From the NCBI GenBank assembly GCA_013239625.1, contig MU053934.1, positions 4,544,399-4,608,398 on the forward strand: a stretch of DNA of 64,000 nucleotides, written 5' to 3'. This document shows, one piece after another, positions 12,266 through 26,497 of the stretch. Both the position numbers and the translations under genes were made by a program. Under the pieces are notes generated by a model, which did not search any database, was not told where the DNA came from, and saw only the letters and a program-made list of their open reading frames with translations. Source of the stretch: Lama guanicoe. Its lineage: Eukaryota. The stretch's first letter is position 1. Each line of letters opens with the position of its first letter.

Positions 12266-13599
12266 CCTTGTTTATTTTTATGCCTGGACTATGAGATCCT
12301 TTAGGGCAGAGACCATGTTCTGTGTCACTGTTGGATCCCAAGGGGGTCTTCAGTGACCTGGTGCACAGTGGTGTTACATGTATATTGAACAGATAACTAG
12401 ACGAATGTGCAATACACAAGCTTAGTGCTCACTAGATCAGCGTGCACTTCCTACAACCCTTCCTTGGGAAAAGAATGGGATTGCGGTATCTGACGGCACA
12501 TTATTTATTCAGTTGAAACTGGCAAACTGGCAAACAGCTCTCCAGAAAGGTACTTCTGGCAAATTTTTTATGTTATGATTATGCTGTGGCTCATCCACTC
12601 AAATACAATGAATGCATTGCTCCTTTGCCTAGGCAACGCCACACTCAAAGAGAAAACAGACTTAATACCTTCGATACCAAAATGGCCTCCAGGGGGCAGG
12701 AGAGAGGGAGCAAAGGCGAGTTCCTGCTCTGCCGGGACTGGGAAGTCAGATGACGGGGCAGAACATGGCATGATCCAGGCAGCTCTGGGTTTTAGAAAGC
12801 TGATCTGCAAAGGACAGCCTGACTTCCTCCTTTGGCCAGGCCGATAATGCAGAACACATAAATACAGACGGTAGAAGAGGAGGATGTTTCTATGACCTGC
12901 AGCGATAGGCAAAAAGTTGAGGTTCATGGGCAAGTCTGGGAGGCTACAGCTTTCCAGCATTTACAGCTTTGTGTTTCTAAGAAAATGCCTACATACCTTG
13001 TACATACCTAACCTTGAAAATCAACGGGGTGGAGAGGCTAATAACGTTTACTGAGCTCATTCTTTGTATCAGGCACTGTTCTAAGCACGTTTTGTGCATT
13101 CTCTCATTTAATCCTGACAATAATCCAGAGGTAGGTAATTATGCTTATTTACATTTTTCAGATGAGAAAACAAGCACAAAGAGGTGAAGCCACTTGCCCA
13201 AGGTCACACAGTGAAAGAAAGGTCAAAGGAGCCAGGACTTCCACCCAAGAATATCTCAGTCTGAAGCTCAGGTTTCTAAACACTACCCTTTCTGGGATTT
13301 AATTCATTAGTGTGATTAAACCTTAGTGCTGAAAGGGCTAGGGACAGTCTCTAAATTCCTCACGCTTATGGCCCTATGCCTGGTACAAAGCCTATTGCAA
13401 AGTGGGCTTCAAATAAATATTTATTGAATGAATAAATGAATGAACATGACTCACTGATCTGAGTATTACTCATTGATTCAGTCCATCACCCTTGTACACT
13501 TTTTTGTCCATTAAAAAAAATTAGGATAATAAATATTGGATAATTAATGGATACATGATAAGTAAATAAATAATTTAATAAATAAATAATTGGATAAAC

Positions 13600-14715
13600 T
13601 AAAAAAAATTAGGTATAACTCATATACTGTGAAAGTCTCCCCTTTATGGACATTTTTGCAAGTTTTAACAAATATATATAGTCAATTGTATAATCATTAC
13701 CACAAACAAGATATGGAATGATTCCATCATCCCCCTCAAATTTTCCTGTGCTTCTCTGTAGTGAATCCTACACACACATACCCACCCACTCCTAACCTCA
13801 CTCCCAGCCCCTGGCAAGTACTGATTTGTTTCTTTGTCCATATAGTTTTGCTTTCACAAGAATGTCACATAAAGGGAGTCACGCAGTCTGTAAATTCTTG
13901 TCGTTTAGTCTTACCATTCGTTCACTCCTCTTTATTCCTGAGTAGTATTCCATTGCATGAATGTTCCACAGTGTGTTTATACAGTCCACAGTGGAAGGAC
14001 ATTTGGGTTGTTTCCAGGTTTTGGCTGTTCCCAGTGAAATTGCCATAAATATTCCTGTACAGGGTATTGTGTGAACATAACTTTTCATGTTTCTGGGGTC
14101 AGGACCTAGGAGAGAGATTGTGAGGTCATATGATAAATGTAGACTTACCTTTGTAAGAAACTGCTGAACTGCTTTCATAAGTGGCTGTACTGTTTTGTTC
14201 TTTTCATGTGCAGTCTACAGGAGTTCCGGTTATTCTAAATCCTTGTTAGAACTTACTGTCAGATTTCTAAAATGTTAGCCATTTTAATAGGTGTGTAGAA
14301 GTATCTCATTCTGACTTTAATTTGCATTTCCCTAATGACTAATGATGTTGAGCATCTTTTCATGTGCTTGGTTGCCAACTGTATATCTTCTTTGATGGAT
14401 TGTGTCGGTTCAAACCTTTTGCGCATTTTTAAAAAGTGGGTTGTTTGCTTTCTTATTATTGACTTTTTAGAGTCCTCTATATATTTGGGATGCAAATCCT
14501 TTGTCAACCATACACCTTACAAATATTTTCTCCCAGACTGTGGTTTCCCTTTTCAGTCATTCTTCCAACAATGTCTCTGGAAGAGTGTCTTAATTTTGAT
14601 GAATTCCAATTTTGATCAATTCTTTTATGGATCATGCCCTTGGTATTGTATCTAAGAACTGTTAGCCTAACCCAAAGTCAGAAAAATTTTGTTTTCTTCT
14701 AGACGTTTCATATAA
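13600..14715 (-). mobile_element. L1 3' fragment (ORF2 C-terminus and 3' UTR)
   Basis: Minus-strand translations [17 protein letters not shown] and AKTWKQPKCPST...LWNIHAMEYY are L1 ORF2 C-terminal motifs. Confidence 0.85.
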
Positions 14716-15659
14716 TCATAGTATATATATGTAATCACCTCAAAAGTTTGCTGTATTAAATGAGATAATGTATGTAAAGCCCTTAGTTCAGGATCTGGTG
14801 CAGTTAATACTCACTAAACGGAGCCTAAGATGGACATTTGTCTATGTGATGTTCTTAAGAGATGCCCTCACGCCCACCACACAGATCTGGTGTCCTGTCA
14901 TCATAGAATGCAGGATGTCCTGTCATCACCAGGGCAACAAAAAGCCTCTGCAGATATCCTTGTCCATCCTGCTCTTGGAACCAGGGAGACAGAGAATCCT
15001 GAGGACTACAGGTCATGGGAAAAGCGATACCTGGAAGCCAGCACTCCTCCATGCAGCCTCAGTTTCTGTGAAACCTGCAGCTCTAGTAGAGCCAAGCTGT
15101 GATGGGGTGATGGGGATAGGGTCTGTTTATTAAGCACTGACTGTGTGCCAGGCCCTTGGCTACAGCAGTGAACAAGGTAGACGAAATCCGCAGACCAGCA
15201 GAGAAAGACAATAAACAAATAATTACAGAATTATTTACTGGATTAAGGAAAGGGGTAAAGTGCTGGGCGGGGGTATCGGGGGCAGTGGGGGGTGTCACAT
15301 AAAGAATTTATTGCCCTTCCTCAGCTTCTGCCTCTGTGCCAGGTGTCTCCGCCCCTCCAGGATGGGAGTGGGGGGTGAGGCGCAGACATGGGGACCCACA
15401 TGACGTCAGCATAAAAGGAAGGTCCTCTGGGGAGGTGGGGTCTGAGCTTTATAGGGCTCTGAGAGAAGGGTAATTCGTTCTTGGTTCACTGATTCATTAG
15501 AGAAATCTTCCTGCGATACCTACTGTGTGCCAAGCACCCCGTGCCAAATGCGGCTCCTCCCCGCTCACTATATTGGAGGCAAACAGAGAGACAGGCACCC
15601 AGCAAACAAGTCGCGGAGGTGTTTCAGCCAGGGCCTTAGGCTCAGAGGGGCTCTGATGG

Positions 15660-16640
15660 GGGCAGGGCGGCCTGATAGACCCGCCGTCCGGGGGCGGAGA
15701 CAAGTCCCGCATTTGTTACACACACCCCCACCTTGCCTCCCCTTCCCCCCTCCCACCAACTTAGCAAAGATGTCACCAAGCTAGCGACAAGCGCGCCCTC
15801 CGCCCGGGTCGCAGCACCCGCGCCCCAGCAATCGCGTGCGCGCTCAGCCCTCCCCTGCTCCCTCCCGCCCGCGCCGCGCCCGCCCGGCGCGCACGACGCC
15901 CCCTCGCGGGAGCCCTCGGCGGCGTCAGTCGCGCGAGCAGGAGACGGGCTGGGGGGGCCGCGCACGCGCACGGGCCGGCGGCGCGCGCCGAGCGGGGGGC
16001 ACCGCGCGGGTGCAGCCACGATGGAAGGGGGTGCGTACGGAGCGGGCAAAGCCGGGGGCGCCTTCGACCCCTACACCCTGATCCGGCAGCCACACACCAT
16101 CCTGCGCGTCGTGTCCTGGGTAAGGACAGCTGGGTGGCCTGGCCAGGCTGGGGGTGGGGTGGGGGGGGGTGAGGGCGCGGACAAGGGTGACACGCCAGGA
16201 CGGACCCCAACCCCACCGAGTGCGGGGCAGGGGCGCGGCCACCGGCGGGGAGCCGTCTGGCCCGGGAACTGGCGCCTGCCTCTCTTTCCTTCCTGGGTCC
16301 CGGGCGGGGGTCCCGGCGCTCGCCAGGGGCTCCCGCTACTGGGGGCTCCCGCTCCTGCGCCCCAAGCCCTGGCTTCCTGGCGTCCCTGTCTTGCGCTCCC
16401 CTCGTCGCGGTGACCTCCAGGCCGCGATCAGGCACCTCGCGGCTCGGGTTGCGCGTGGCCGCCTGGGCGGACCCGCGCCCGTGGGGACGGAATCCTGGTT
16501 TCAGGTGGCCTTTTTTGGGGGGGTGGATCATCTTGCTGAGGTGCACGCGCGCTTGCTGTGGACGTTCGAGGAGGAAAGGGCAGGAAAGCAGGTTTTTGTG
16601 GCTTAGCCCGGACCTTGTGGAGCGATGCATCGGGAGCCGG
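15660..16640 (+). promoter_or_regulatory. SYNGR1: SYNGR1 CpG-island promoter
   Basis: Very CpG-dense sequence spanning exon 1, with GC boxes such as GGGGCGGAG near 15692. The TSS cannot be fixed from sequence alone. Confidence 0.9.
16021..16119 (+). CDS. SYNGR1: Synaptogyrin-1 coding exon 1
   Basis: GCCACGATGG start; MEGGAYGAGKAGGAFDPYTLIRQPHTILRVVSW; donor TGG|GTAAGG, phase 0. Confidence 0.98.
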
Positions 16641-19600
16641 ATACCTGGCTTCTACCCGGGAGCTGCATCTCTGCAGCGTGACCTTGGGCTGGAAACCACT
16701 CGAGAAGTGTTCACAGGAAACCAGGAGTTAAATTGCGAGGTGGGCAGGGTCGCCTCCGCTCGCCTGCCTCAGTTTCCCGATTTGTAGAGAGGTGGGAGGA
16801 GCCTCCTTGAGACCTCCCTGGGGTCTGGTATTTCCAGAATCTGTGCCAACACCTGGATGCCTGGGGGGTGGGGCGGGGACAGCGGTGAGAGAAAGGTCTC
16901 TTGCCCACAGGGAAGAGCAGAGAGGCCCGTTCAGCCTGATGAGGGCAAAAATCCCCGAGTGCAGAGGGCTGAGTGGGGTCCCTGTTCAAACCTGGAGAGT
17001 CGGGGAGAGGAGGATGGCACAGAGACAGTCAGCACACAGGGAGGGGTTCACATGGCCTGGGCAAGCACCTCAGGGGATGGAGGCCTGCTGCTGTCTGGGG
17101 AGGGATGCCTCAGGCCCCCTAGGGTTGCTGGCCATTGCACACACGCCCTCACTAGAGGGTCTTGCCTCTACAGGCCTGAGGCCCATTCCTGTGGGCCCAG
17201 ATCAGAAGGACCTGGATTGGGGACACAGGGCAGGGACACTGTCAGCTACCCCAAGGGGCTACATCTAAAGCTAGCTGTGGCCATGGGGAGCTCAAGCTCC
17301 CTCGCTCCAAATTAAAATGTGATGTGTGGGAGAGCTTGAGTGTCTATCTCCGGCCTTCCAGACAGAAAGGGAGCTACCTTTCCTTCGTCTAAAAACGTTA
17401 AAACTTCCTTCTGGTGCTAAAGGAAGTGTGGCCACGTTTAAACCCCTTTTCTTCTCAAGTGTCCACCAGCTGGGGAGCTCTTTGAGCGCAGGGAAGTCCT
17501 GTTCTTTAGTCTTTGGGTCCCCAGTGCTGGCACAGGGCCTGACACCTTGGGTACATCCGGCAGGGTTTATGGTGCTGAGTTCGTTCCTCTGTGTCATCTC
17601 CAGCTCCCCGAGAGACCCTGGCAGATCCTTGGCGAAGGTAGAGCTCTGGGGAATACCTGCCTGATCAGATGGGCGGGCTCTGTGCACTATTTCCCTTTAC
17701 TGGCCCCTGGGCCACTGCCCTGGGAGGGTGAAGTCACTGGCTTTGTGAGGGGGTGTGGGCGTTTTGTCTGCTTGGGTCACTTCTACCTTTGATGGCTTCA
17801 TTTAGCAAAGCTTTACAGAGTCGGCTAGGCCCAGAGGGAAGGCAGCATGACTCAGACACAGCCCTCAGTGCTCAGGGAGCCCACAGTCCTGCTGGGGAGT
17901 GAGCCAGGTACCCTGGGGCAGAGGCCGTGAGAGCCAGGAAAGGAATCAGAGAAGCTTCATGGAGAAGGTGATGTCAAATTGGGCCTGGAAGGAAGAGGAG
18001 GGTTTACATATGTGCGCATCAAGGTGCAGGGAGAACATTCCAGGCAGAAGGGAGTAAAGGTAACTGAGCATCACTGTATGTAGGGCTGCTCTCACCATTA
18101 CCCAGCTGGTACCCCCAATAGCCTGTGTCACACCTGTGTCATACCTGTGTCACACCTGAGGAAACTGAGGCTCAGAGAGACCCAAGGTTACTCAGCATGT
18201 AAGAGGCAGATGGAGGACTTGAACCAAAGTATTCTTGTTTCCAAGGCACAGTGCTTACTCTGGGTGAGGAAGAGTTCAGAATCCTGGGATTTCAGGACTG
18301 GAAGGGGTGAAGGTCATCTGGGCCAACCCCTATCCAGTGCCCAAACCCCTCCCAAAGGCCCCCAGAGTGTCCTAGTCCTGCTCACTACCTTTGTGTGAGC
18401 AAAGGCATCTGATACAGGCTGATCGACACTTAAAAAATACATAGGTTTTTTTCTGATCATAGAAGTGAATACCTGCCAATTATAGCAAAACAGATATCAT
18501 CTGTGATGGTAGCACAATATGTATGTTTAATATCTCTGAGCTGTACACTTAAAAATGGTTAAGATGGTAAATTCTGTGTTATGTGTATCTTACTGCAAAA
18601 AAAAAAAAAAGAAAAAAGAAAAAAAGCATGTGTGACCCCACCGCTTAGGGAGGGCTGCTGCCTCCTTCCAGGCTTTCTCAAAGGCAGGTGGTGCACTGAG
18701 ACAGTTTAACGCATCGGGGGCATGCAGTGGACGCACGTAGCCACCTGCCCTTCGCCCTTGCACTCCTTCACTCACCACAGGGTCTGGCAGGCATGAAGCT
18801 TCACCTTCGAGCTAATGGAGCCTGGGCATCTGGGACCGATTTGCCCTGGTTTGCTAGAACTTTCCTGGCTTTAGCACTGAAAGTCCCATATCCTGGGAGC
18901 CCCTCTGTCCCAGACAGTCAAGATGGTTGGTCACTCCATTGAGGACTCCCTCTGTGCTCCCCAGATCCCATCTGCAGCCCTGGAGGGGCCCTAGCAATGT
19001 GTGCATATGGGCTTATGATTTTGTAAAATTTGTAAAAAAAAAAAAAAGATCTTTTTCTGTTACTAGTTTATTTGAAAGTGGGCCCCCAAACCATATAAGC
19101 TTTAGGGTGTCACCAAGCCTGGACCCTCCCTAGAACCTGAACCCCCAGGCCTGGCAGGACCCCCTTATCTCTTGACTGAGGCTTTCTCAGCTCCTCTCTG
19201 CCCTTATGCGCCCTGGGCCCTGCACCCCACCCCAACACACACACATACACTTGGGAGTGTGATTACTCACAGTAGGAATTGAGGAATTGAACCTGTGGGT
19301 TCAGGTAGGGAGGGAGCTGGTGAGCCCTCTGCTGCAGACCGCAACTTGGACCCTTCCTGCCCTGGGTGAGGAGGGGATGGCTGAGCTGGGACAGTGTCCA
19401 GGGCAAGCTCAGAGCTACCTCCTCTGACCTGGGTTGGCAGGGAGGTGGTCTGTGCTGGCTGGGGGCCAGGAGACTTGCCACCACTCCTGGCTCCCCCAGG
19501 CACCAGCTGTGGCCACCCCTGTGCCTCCGGTCTCCCACTAGAACAAGGAGGCTGGGCTGAGTCAGAGGTGCCCTCTTGCTCTGTGACTGCAGCCTGTTAG

Positions 19601-22600
19601 TGACCCTTTTCTTTGTCTGGAGCCAGGTGGGAAAATGGAGTTCCGGCAGGGAGCTAGCTGACTTCCTGTAAAGGACCACCTTCTATTGGGAATTTATATC
19701 CTTACTTTTAGAGTTTTGAAATTATTTATTGGGAAAGAATATTGGAGCTGATAGATGAGAGGGGTTTTTTTTCTCTAATTAATCCTCTGTTTTGGACAAA
19801 TAAAACAATAAAACATTTGAAATTTTGCTGTTTTCAGGGTTGATCTCTTAAGGGCTTTGGCTGTAACACTAAGGATTCTGTAAGTAGGGTAGGTGTCATC
19901 GCCCCCATGACAGAAGTAAGGTGCATGCTGGAAGTGACTTGTCTACTGGCTCGAAACAGAGACTGGGCTCTGGACTGTCAGAGCTGCAGTTTCAACTCTG
20001 TCCATGTCCACATTCAGTGTTCTCCCCGTAGCTTCCCAGTCTGAGTTGAAGTGGCACCAAGGGGCAGCTTGAAGGGGCAGTTTTACACCCTCATTTTTAT
20101 CAGAGCCCCTCAGTCACCCCAAACAAACACTGAGTATGAAAGCTGAGTTTGCTAAGGCAGCAGCTTCAAGATGAGACCCCTTGGGTTGGCTCCCAACCAG
20201 ATTGCCACACCCTAGCTGTCCAGCATAGAAATTCTGGAGCCCGCAGGAGCTGTGGATAAAAGGGGTCCAGAGTGAAGACAGCCTCTGGCCAACTGCGCTG
20301 TGCATTCATTCCTTCCACAAACACCAAGTCCGTGCCAGCCTATGTGTCCCACCGGAGATACTCTCAGTCTGGTGAGAACAGAATTGAGTCCATAAGCACC
20401 ATCCAGGATGCTACAGGAAGGAAATGCAGTGGCTACCTCTCTCAGGGGATGTGGAGGGCTTCCAGAGGGAGGTGACTCCTAAGCTGGTTCTGATAAAGAA
20501 GTGTTTGGGAGCACTTCAGGTGGGAGAAACAGCATGTGTAAATAAATATCTGGGGCCATGAGGTCTGAGTGGGTCTTAGAAATGATGGTGAGCTCTTGGG
20601 GGCCCGGGTTTGTGAATGAGAATGACAAGTCAAGAGGCTGAAGGGGCAAGCAGGTGAGCAGCCCAGGGTAGGCCTTGGATGACAGTTTCACAAGCTGGCT
20701 TCATCTGAGGGCAATGGGGAGCCTCAGAAAGGGCTTTTAAGCAGAGAAGAGGCGTGTTTCAGAAGCTCTCTTTGGCTACTGTGTGGAGGTGTGGCTTGGA
20801 GAAGGCCCTGGGGGCAGAGGGCCCAGCAGGAAACATGTGGTCTCATCCAGCCTGACCTCTCCCATCACTGAGCAAGGCCCTGTCACTCAGGGATCTGGGT
20901 CCATGGAGGTAAATCCAGTGTTCCTTTGGCATTCGTCATCTTGGAATCTTCCTCGCCTCTTCGCCTGCCTGTGGCTGACTGTTGGGTTGGCTGGTCCATC
21001 TCTCTCAGGTCTAGAATGGGGTCAGTGCAGAGAGGTCTTCAGTAGTTGTTGGCTGATAGGTTTCTGCACGTGTCTTGGGCATTTCTTCAGGTTCTGGGGC
21101 AGTGTGGGAACTTGAGGAACCTTGGGTTTGGCATCAAGAGCAGGGCCACCAGAGAGGGACCTTGGAAAATCCTAGCCTCTCCAAGCCTCATCTGTAACAG
21201 GAGACTGGAGTGCTAGGTTTGGAGCAGACTTGGTTTGTGAAACTAGACATTTAAAGGGCTTGCCATCCAATCCTCTCTTGCAGGTGTGTGACATCCCTGT
21301 CCAGTAGGTTTTGTTACCCCCAACTTCAGGTGAGATGTTGAGGCCCAGAGAGGTTAACTGGAGTTGCTGGCATTGCAGCCCGCACCTGACTTCCAGGACG
21401 CAGCCTCTGCTTCCTGCTTCAGGGAGTTCCCAGCCACATGGGGAGTCCCACGTGGCCACTTGTGTAAGGCTGTTAGGCAGGCCTGAACCTGGGAAGAAAG
21501 AACAAAGGCTGGGGGAGGGAGGGTGGAGAGGAGGAAAAACCAGGAGGAGGAGGGAGGAAAGGAAGAGAGCAGATGGCAGGGCTGTCAAGGGAGCCGCATT
21601 TGGCACCTACACCGGAAGAACCAGCTGTCCAGTGGGAGGAGAGGCAGAGCATGGGGAAGTGCCTGGGGCCCAGAGGTCTGAGGCCACATTCTGCACCCCC
21701 TCTGTCCCTAACTGGTGGCGTGACTTGAGAAGATGCCAGTGCTTTCTGGGCCTCAGTTTCCCCATCTGTCAAATGGGAAAAGACATCAGATTGGGCTGGT
21801 GGTTCCTAGCCTTTCCACCCTCAAAGAACCCTACTCTTGCTCCTAGATAATTGTAGGTTGGGAACTTTGGGACTAGTCAGTGTTTCAAGAAGTGATGTCA
21901 AGAACCAACCCCCAATGCTTTATGCGGGCCTGCAGCCGGGCGGCCCTGGGCCCTGGGTCCATTACTATATGAGCAGAACAGTGTCACCTGGAGCTGGCAG
22001 GGCGGCTGGTGCCCCTGTGTTTCTGGGGGAGCCTTCCGGTCCAAGAGGGAATTTCGCTCAGCTCCCTTCTGCTGGGGAAGATGGTATGGGAGGAGGGGAA
22101 CTGCGGGGAAGGGGCAGCCCTTTGGCTGGGACAGCCCCAGACTGTCAGGCTCAGACCATTTAGAAAGCAATCATTCAGGAACCCCAATAAGCTAGGGCTC
22201 CTCAAATAACTCAGGGTCCAGGGGTCAAGAGGACATGGTCTGTTCCCCAAATCTTCAGCCTCCTCTGAACATCCCTGACGCCTTCTGTAAATTGCACTGT
22301 AACCTGGCCTCCCCCCAGGACTGCCCTTCCCCAGCAGCCTTATTAGTGGCGCCTTTCTTTGCCTCATACCTTCCCTCTGCCAGGTCTGGAGATGGGCAGG
22401 GTCCATCTGGCTCCTGAAGTGGCTTCCAGACCATTCTCCGTGAGCTTTGAATCTCAGGCCAGCACTGGACCTGCCACTTCCCTCATTGTGGGCCAGCCCC
22501 AGGTCACTTCCCCTGTTCCTGGAAGATGCCTAGACTTGGCACCTGCCCTCTCCAGCATCACCCTGTCTGTGTTCCTGGTCACTGTAGTTCCTGCTTCCAT

Positions 22601-25600
22601 GATCCTTCTCATACTCTGGCCTCTCCCTTCTTTGGCCTCCTTCCTCCTACAGTCTTGTCCTCCCCACCTGAGCCACTCTCGGCGGGTGTAGCCTGGCCCT
22701 GGCCGTTGTTCCCAGGAGCTGTGTGAACTCAGGTGTCCGCCTCTCCCCCTCCCCCTGTCTTTCCAGCTCTCTCACTCGCCTACCCCGATTCCAGTGGTCC
22801 TTGGCTTGGGGCCTCTGAGCCATTGACCCTCAAGCTATGCACCAGCCGTCACCCCATCCTCCCCGTCCCCTTCTCCAGCTTGGGCTCCCTGGTGGCCTCA
22901 GCTACCTGCTCCCAGCTCTAGCCCTCCTGTGTCGCTGCACTCACCTGGTGAAGCTCGGCTTGCATCCACCCTTGGCCTCCTCACACCTGCCCGTCTCCTA
23001 GGCTCTCGCCTGATCTGGTGGCCCAGGCCAGCCTTGCAGGGTCCACTAGATCCCAGCCACCTGTTCATGGACTCTGATTCCCTCCCTCCCTCCACTCTCT
23101 TCTCCTTCCTCCACTCTGGTTCTTTCCCATCAGCTTACAAATGTGTGTTATTTCCATCCCCTGGCCCATTCCTCTGGTCCTTCAGATTTGTCTGTTGTCA
23201 CCGTCTCTGGTGTCTCTCCTCCAGTTTTCTCTCACATGCACCCCGCTCAGGCTCTCTCCCTCACTTCTCCATCTTGTCAAGATCACCCGTGACCTTCACG
23301 TTGCCAGATCCTGTGGCCCATTGTTACTAATGGCTCTCCCAGCCGCCTCTGGCGCAGTGAGGGGTTTATACATCCTCCCGTTGGTTCCGACAGCCTCAGG
23401 GCACGGACGTCCTGTTGTCTTCTCTTTAGCGTGCCTGGTTTTCACGAGAACTCCCAGTCTAGTGGAGGGACATGTGGTGGAGAAACCTCTTACATACGGA
23501 GCACAAGACCCAGAGTGAGGAAACACTCACTTGGGCTCGAGACAGTAGAGTTGAGATGAGAGGGATGGGGCCAGCCAGGTGGAGAGGGGGGACATTCTGG
23601 GCAGGAAGAATGGCACGGATAAAGGCCAAGGCCAAGAGGCGCAGCAGAGCGGTGAGGAGAGGCTGCTGCCCCTGTAGGCTGTAAGCTCTGGGGGGCAGGG
23701 ACCACATCTGTTAGGTCACTGTCATAACCCCAGTGCTAGACGGCGCCTGGCATCTCGTAAGGGCTCCACATGTGTGTGAATGAGGCTGGGAACTGCACTG
23801 CTCTGCCCTCCCCCTTCCACCTACCATCTAGTCTTCAAGGTCCAACTCAAATATCACCTCCCCCTTGAAACCTTCCAGGATTCCCCCCAAGCTTGCTTTC
23901 TCCTCCCCGCTTTCCTTGTGCTCTTCATGAAGGCTCGTAAGAACTCAAGAAGTGGGGAGCTCTCCCCCTCTGTGTCTCCTCCAGAAGGTGAGGCAGAGCC
24001 TGGGACCGGATTATCTCTCCGAAGACCAGGAATTTTCTCAGAGGGATAGAAAGAGTGGACAATGGCAGGCATGTAGGGGCTGGCAGGGCAGAGGCTGGCA
24101 TTGGGGTGAGGTTGGTTAACCTTGCCATTCTTACCAGCTGAGGGACCTCACAGAGCTTCAGTTTCCCCATCTGTGAAATGGGGACAGCAGTGCCTTCCTC
24201 CAGGGCTCACTGGTACATAAATGAGGTCCTTTGGGGAAGGGCTCAGCCAGTACTTGGTTGGTGTTCACAACCCTTTTCCAGAGTGGTATTGCCTTTCCCC
24301 CCTCTCCCCCACCTCCTTCCACCTCAGAAAGATCAGAGGTGGCAGGACCTGGGATATGGAAGGTTGTGGGGTGGGGCATCTGGATACTTCTGTCCAGAGC
24401 ATGAGCCCTGGGCAGGTCAAGCAGCTGGTCTCTGGATCTGTTTCCCCCTTTCTGTCGAGGCTTCCACCCCCTTGCGGCTACTCAGCCACGGAGGGAGAAG
24501 ATGAGGAAGCCTTCAGATCAGCGGGCCAAGGCTCAGTACCTCGGGGACAGGCTGGCCCGGCAGAGCCCACTCCCCACCCCCACCGCCGAGAACACCCGGG
24601 GACAGCTTGCAGGAAGATTACAGCCTAATCCCCAGCAGGTCACTTCCAAGGCAGCAGAGCGTGGCGCCTGGGCCAGGGAGGAGAGAAGGGCCCTGGAGCC
24701 CCACCCGCCCCGCCCTAGCCCTGCGGCTCTGCACGAGGCTCTGGAGGAAGCTGAGTGCCCACCGGATGCCCGTCACGCGCCCCTGCGCTGACTTTGGCCG
24801 TCTTCCTCACATGACCTGCGAGAGGCAGGGCCCTGTTCCTGTGAAGGGGGGCCCTTGCAGCCTGACTCATCCCTTAAACACACAGCAGCCCCTTTCTTTG
24901 TCTACCCTTTCCCGGAGCCCAAGAGGCAGACTGGGGACGTCACGAGGACACCAGCAGGAAGGCAGGTTCAACTCGCGGTAAAGGAAAGGACTTTGCAGCC
25001 CCTTTTTAGGAAGTGAGCTCCCTGTGGTCTTAGGTATGCAAGCAGAGACCCAAGCCAAGGATGCTGAGGAGAGAATATGCTTTCTCCCAACTCCTGTGCT
25101 GCCTGTGCCTCTGCCCAGCTATCAGGCTTGCTGTTCACTCTCCTTGAAACCTTTCCTGACCCTCCTTCTGGGTCTCTAGGGGAGACATGCACCTAAGAAC
25201 TGAAATAGTAAATAAGGAAAAAGTATATAATGATATTATCAAGAAAATTAATTGAGATAGTGGAGAATATTGTACATCTGGAATTCAGGTGGAGGGCTTC
25301 TCTGAGGAGGTGGCTTGCATTGAGATTTGGATGTTGAGAAGGAACCAACAGGAACCAGCCTGCAAGTTCTGGGGAACTCTAGGCATCCCAGGCAGAGGGA
25401 ACAGCCAGTGCAAAGGTCCTGAGGCAGGAATGAGCTTGAGAGGGAATGACAGGAGAGTGGCAGGAAAGGCATCTGAGAGGAAGGCAGGAACCTTGGAGGT
25501 TCCAGTGGGGAGGGGGATTTCACGATGGGGTTGTGAGTGGGTGGGATGGAGCAGGAGTTTGAAATGATCTGACTTAGGTTTAAAGAGACCTTTCCAGCTG

Positions 25601-26497
25601 CTGTAAAGTAGACAGTGCAGGAGTGGGAGTGGGCACACAGCTTGGGAAACTGCTGTCCTTGCCTAAGAGGTGATGGTGGCCTGGACCAGCATCGAGGGTA
25701 TGGAATAAATTGAGAATTGTTTGGGGGAGGGTGAAGAAATAGGCCCAACTGCCAGGTTGGATGGGGTTCAAGGATGAGCCCATTCTGGAGTCTGAGCAGC
25801 TGAGTGGGAGCCAGTGTGCAGATGGATGAGGGACTGGAGGTCACTAGGGGCTGGGAGAGGCCAGAGGTGAGACCAGCGGCCCATGTAGGGGGACCTCATA
25901 CGGCTTAGGGGCTGGACTTTACTCTCAGCCCCAGCAGGGACTGCTGAGAGTTGAGGGTGGTGGGCACCTCCTGGCGGCATCTGGAGCTGCCTTGGAGGAG
26001 GCAGAGAGGAGACTGTCCGGGGTCAGGCAACAACATTGCAGCCTGGAAGTGGGCAGCAACGGAGACCATGAAGTGGAGAGCCAGAGAGCAGGTCATCTGG
26101 CTGCCTGCAGCGTGAGGCGGGGGCCAGGAGTTCCTCCCAGCCACCGGGCTTGGGAACAGATGTCCCTGTACAGAGTGAGAGGTGCCATTCGTTGCCGACA
26201 GGACTGGAGGGCATGGGCTCCCGACTTCATCTCTCTACAGCTTACCTGGGGGAAGACTCAGCACGTGCCTAAGGATGTTTAAATCCAGGCCTCTGGGAAG
26301 TTCCTGCAAATAGCAGTGACCTCTCCACCGCCCACCTCTGCGCTGGGCCTGGAGCCCGGGTCAGCCTGATGCCCTGCAGTGGCCCAGGCACAGCCTGGCC
26401 AGCTCTGTATGCGGATGAGGAGTAAAGTGAGCCAGGCCCTTCCTGTGCTATGGGGTGGTGACATGGCTTGGGACACCAGAGGTTGCTCCTGGGTCTC

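Noticed and set aside
15642..16787. Long overlapping ORFs on both strands (226 aa, 285 aa and others)
   Set aside because: These are by-products of the stop-poor CpG island, with low-complexity Arg/Ala/Gly/Pro content. Only 16021-16119 is real coding sequence.
18122..18158. About three copies of an 11-bp unit (cctgtgtcaca), superficially array-like
   Set aside because: Simple slippage repeat with no spacers, adjoining MIR-like sequence. No CRISPR-type structure is seen in this window.
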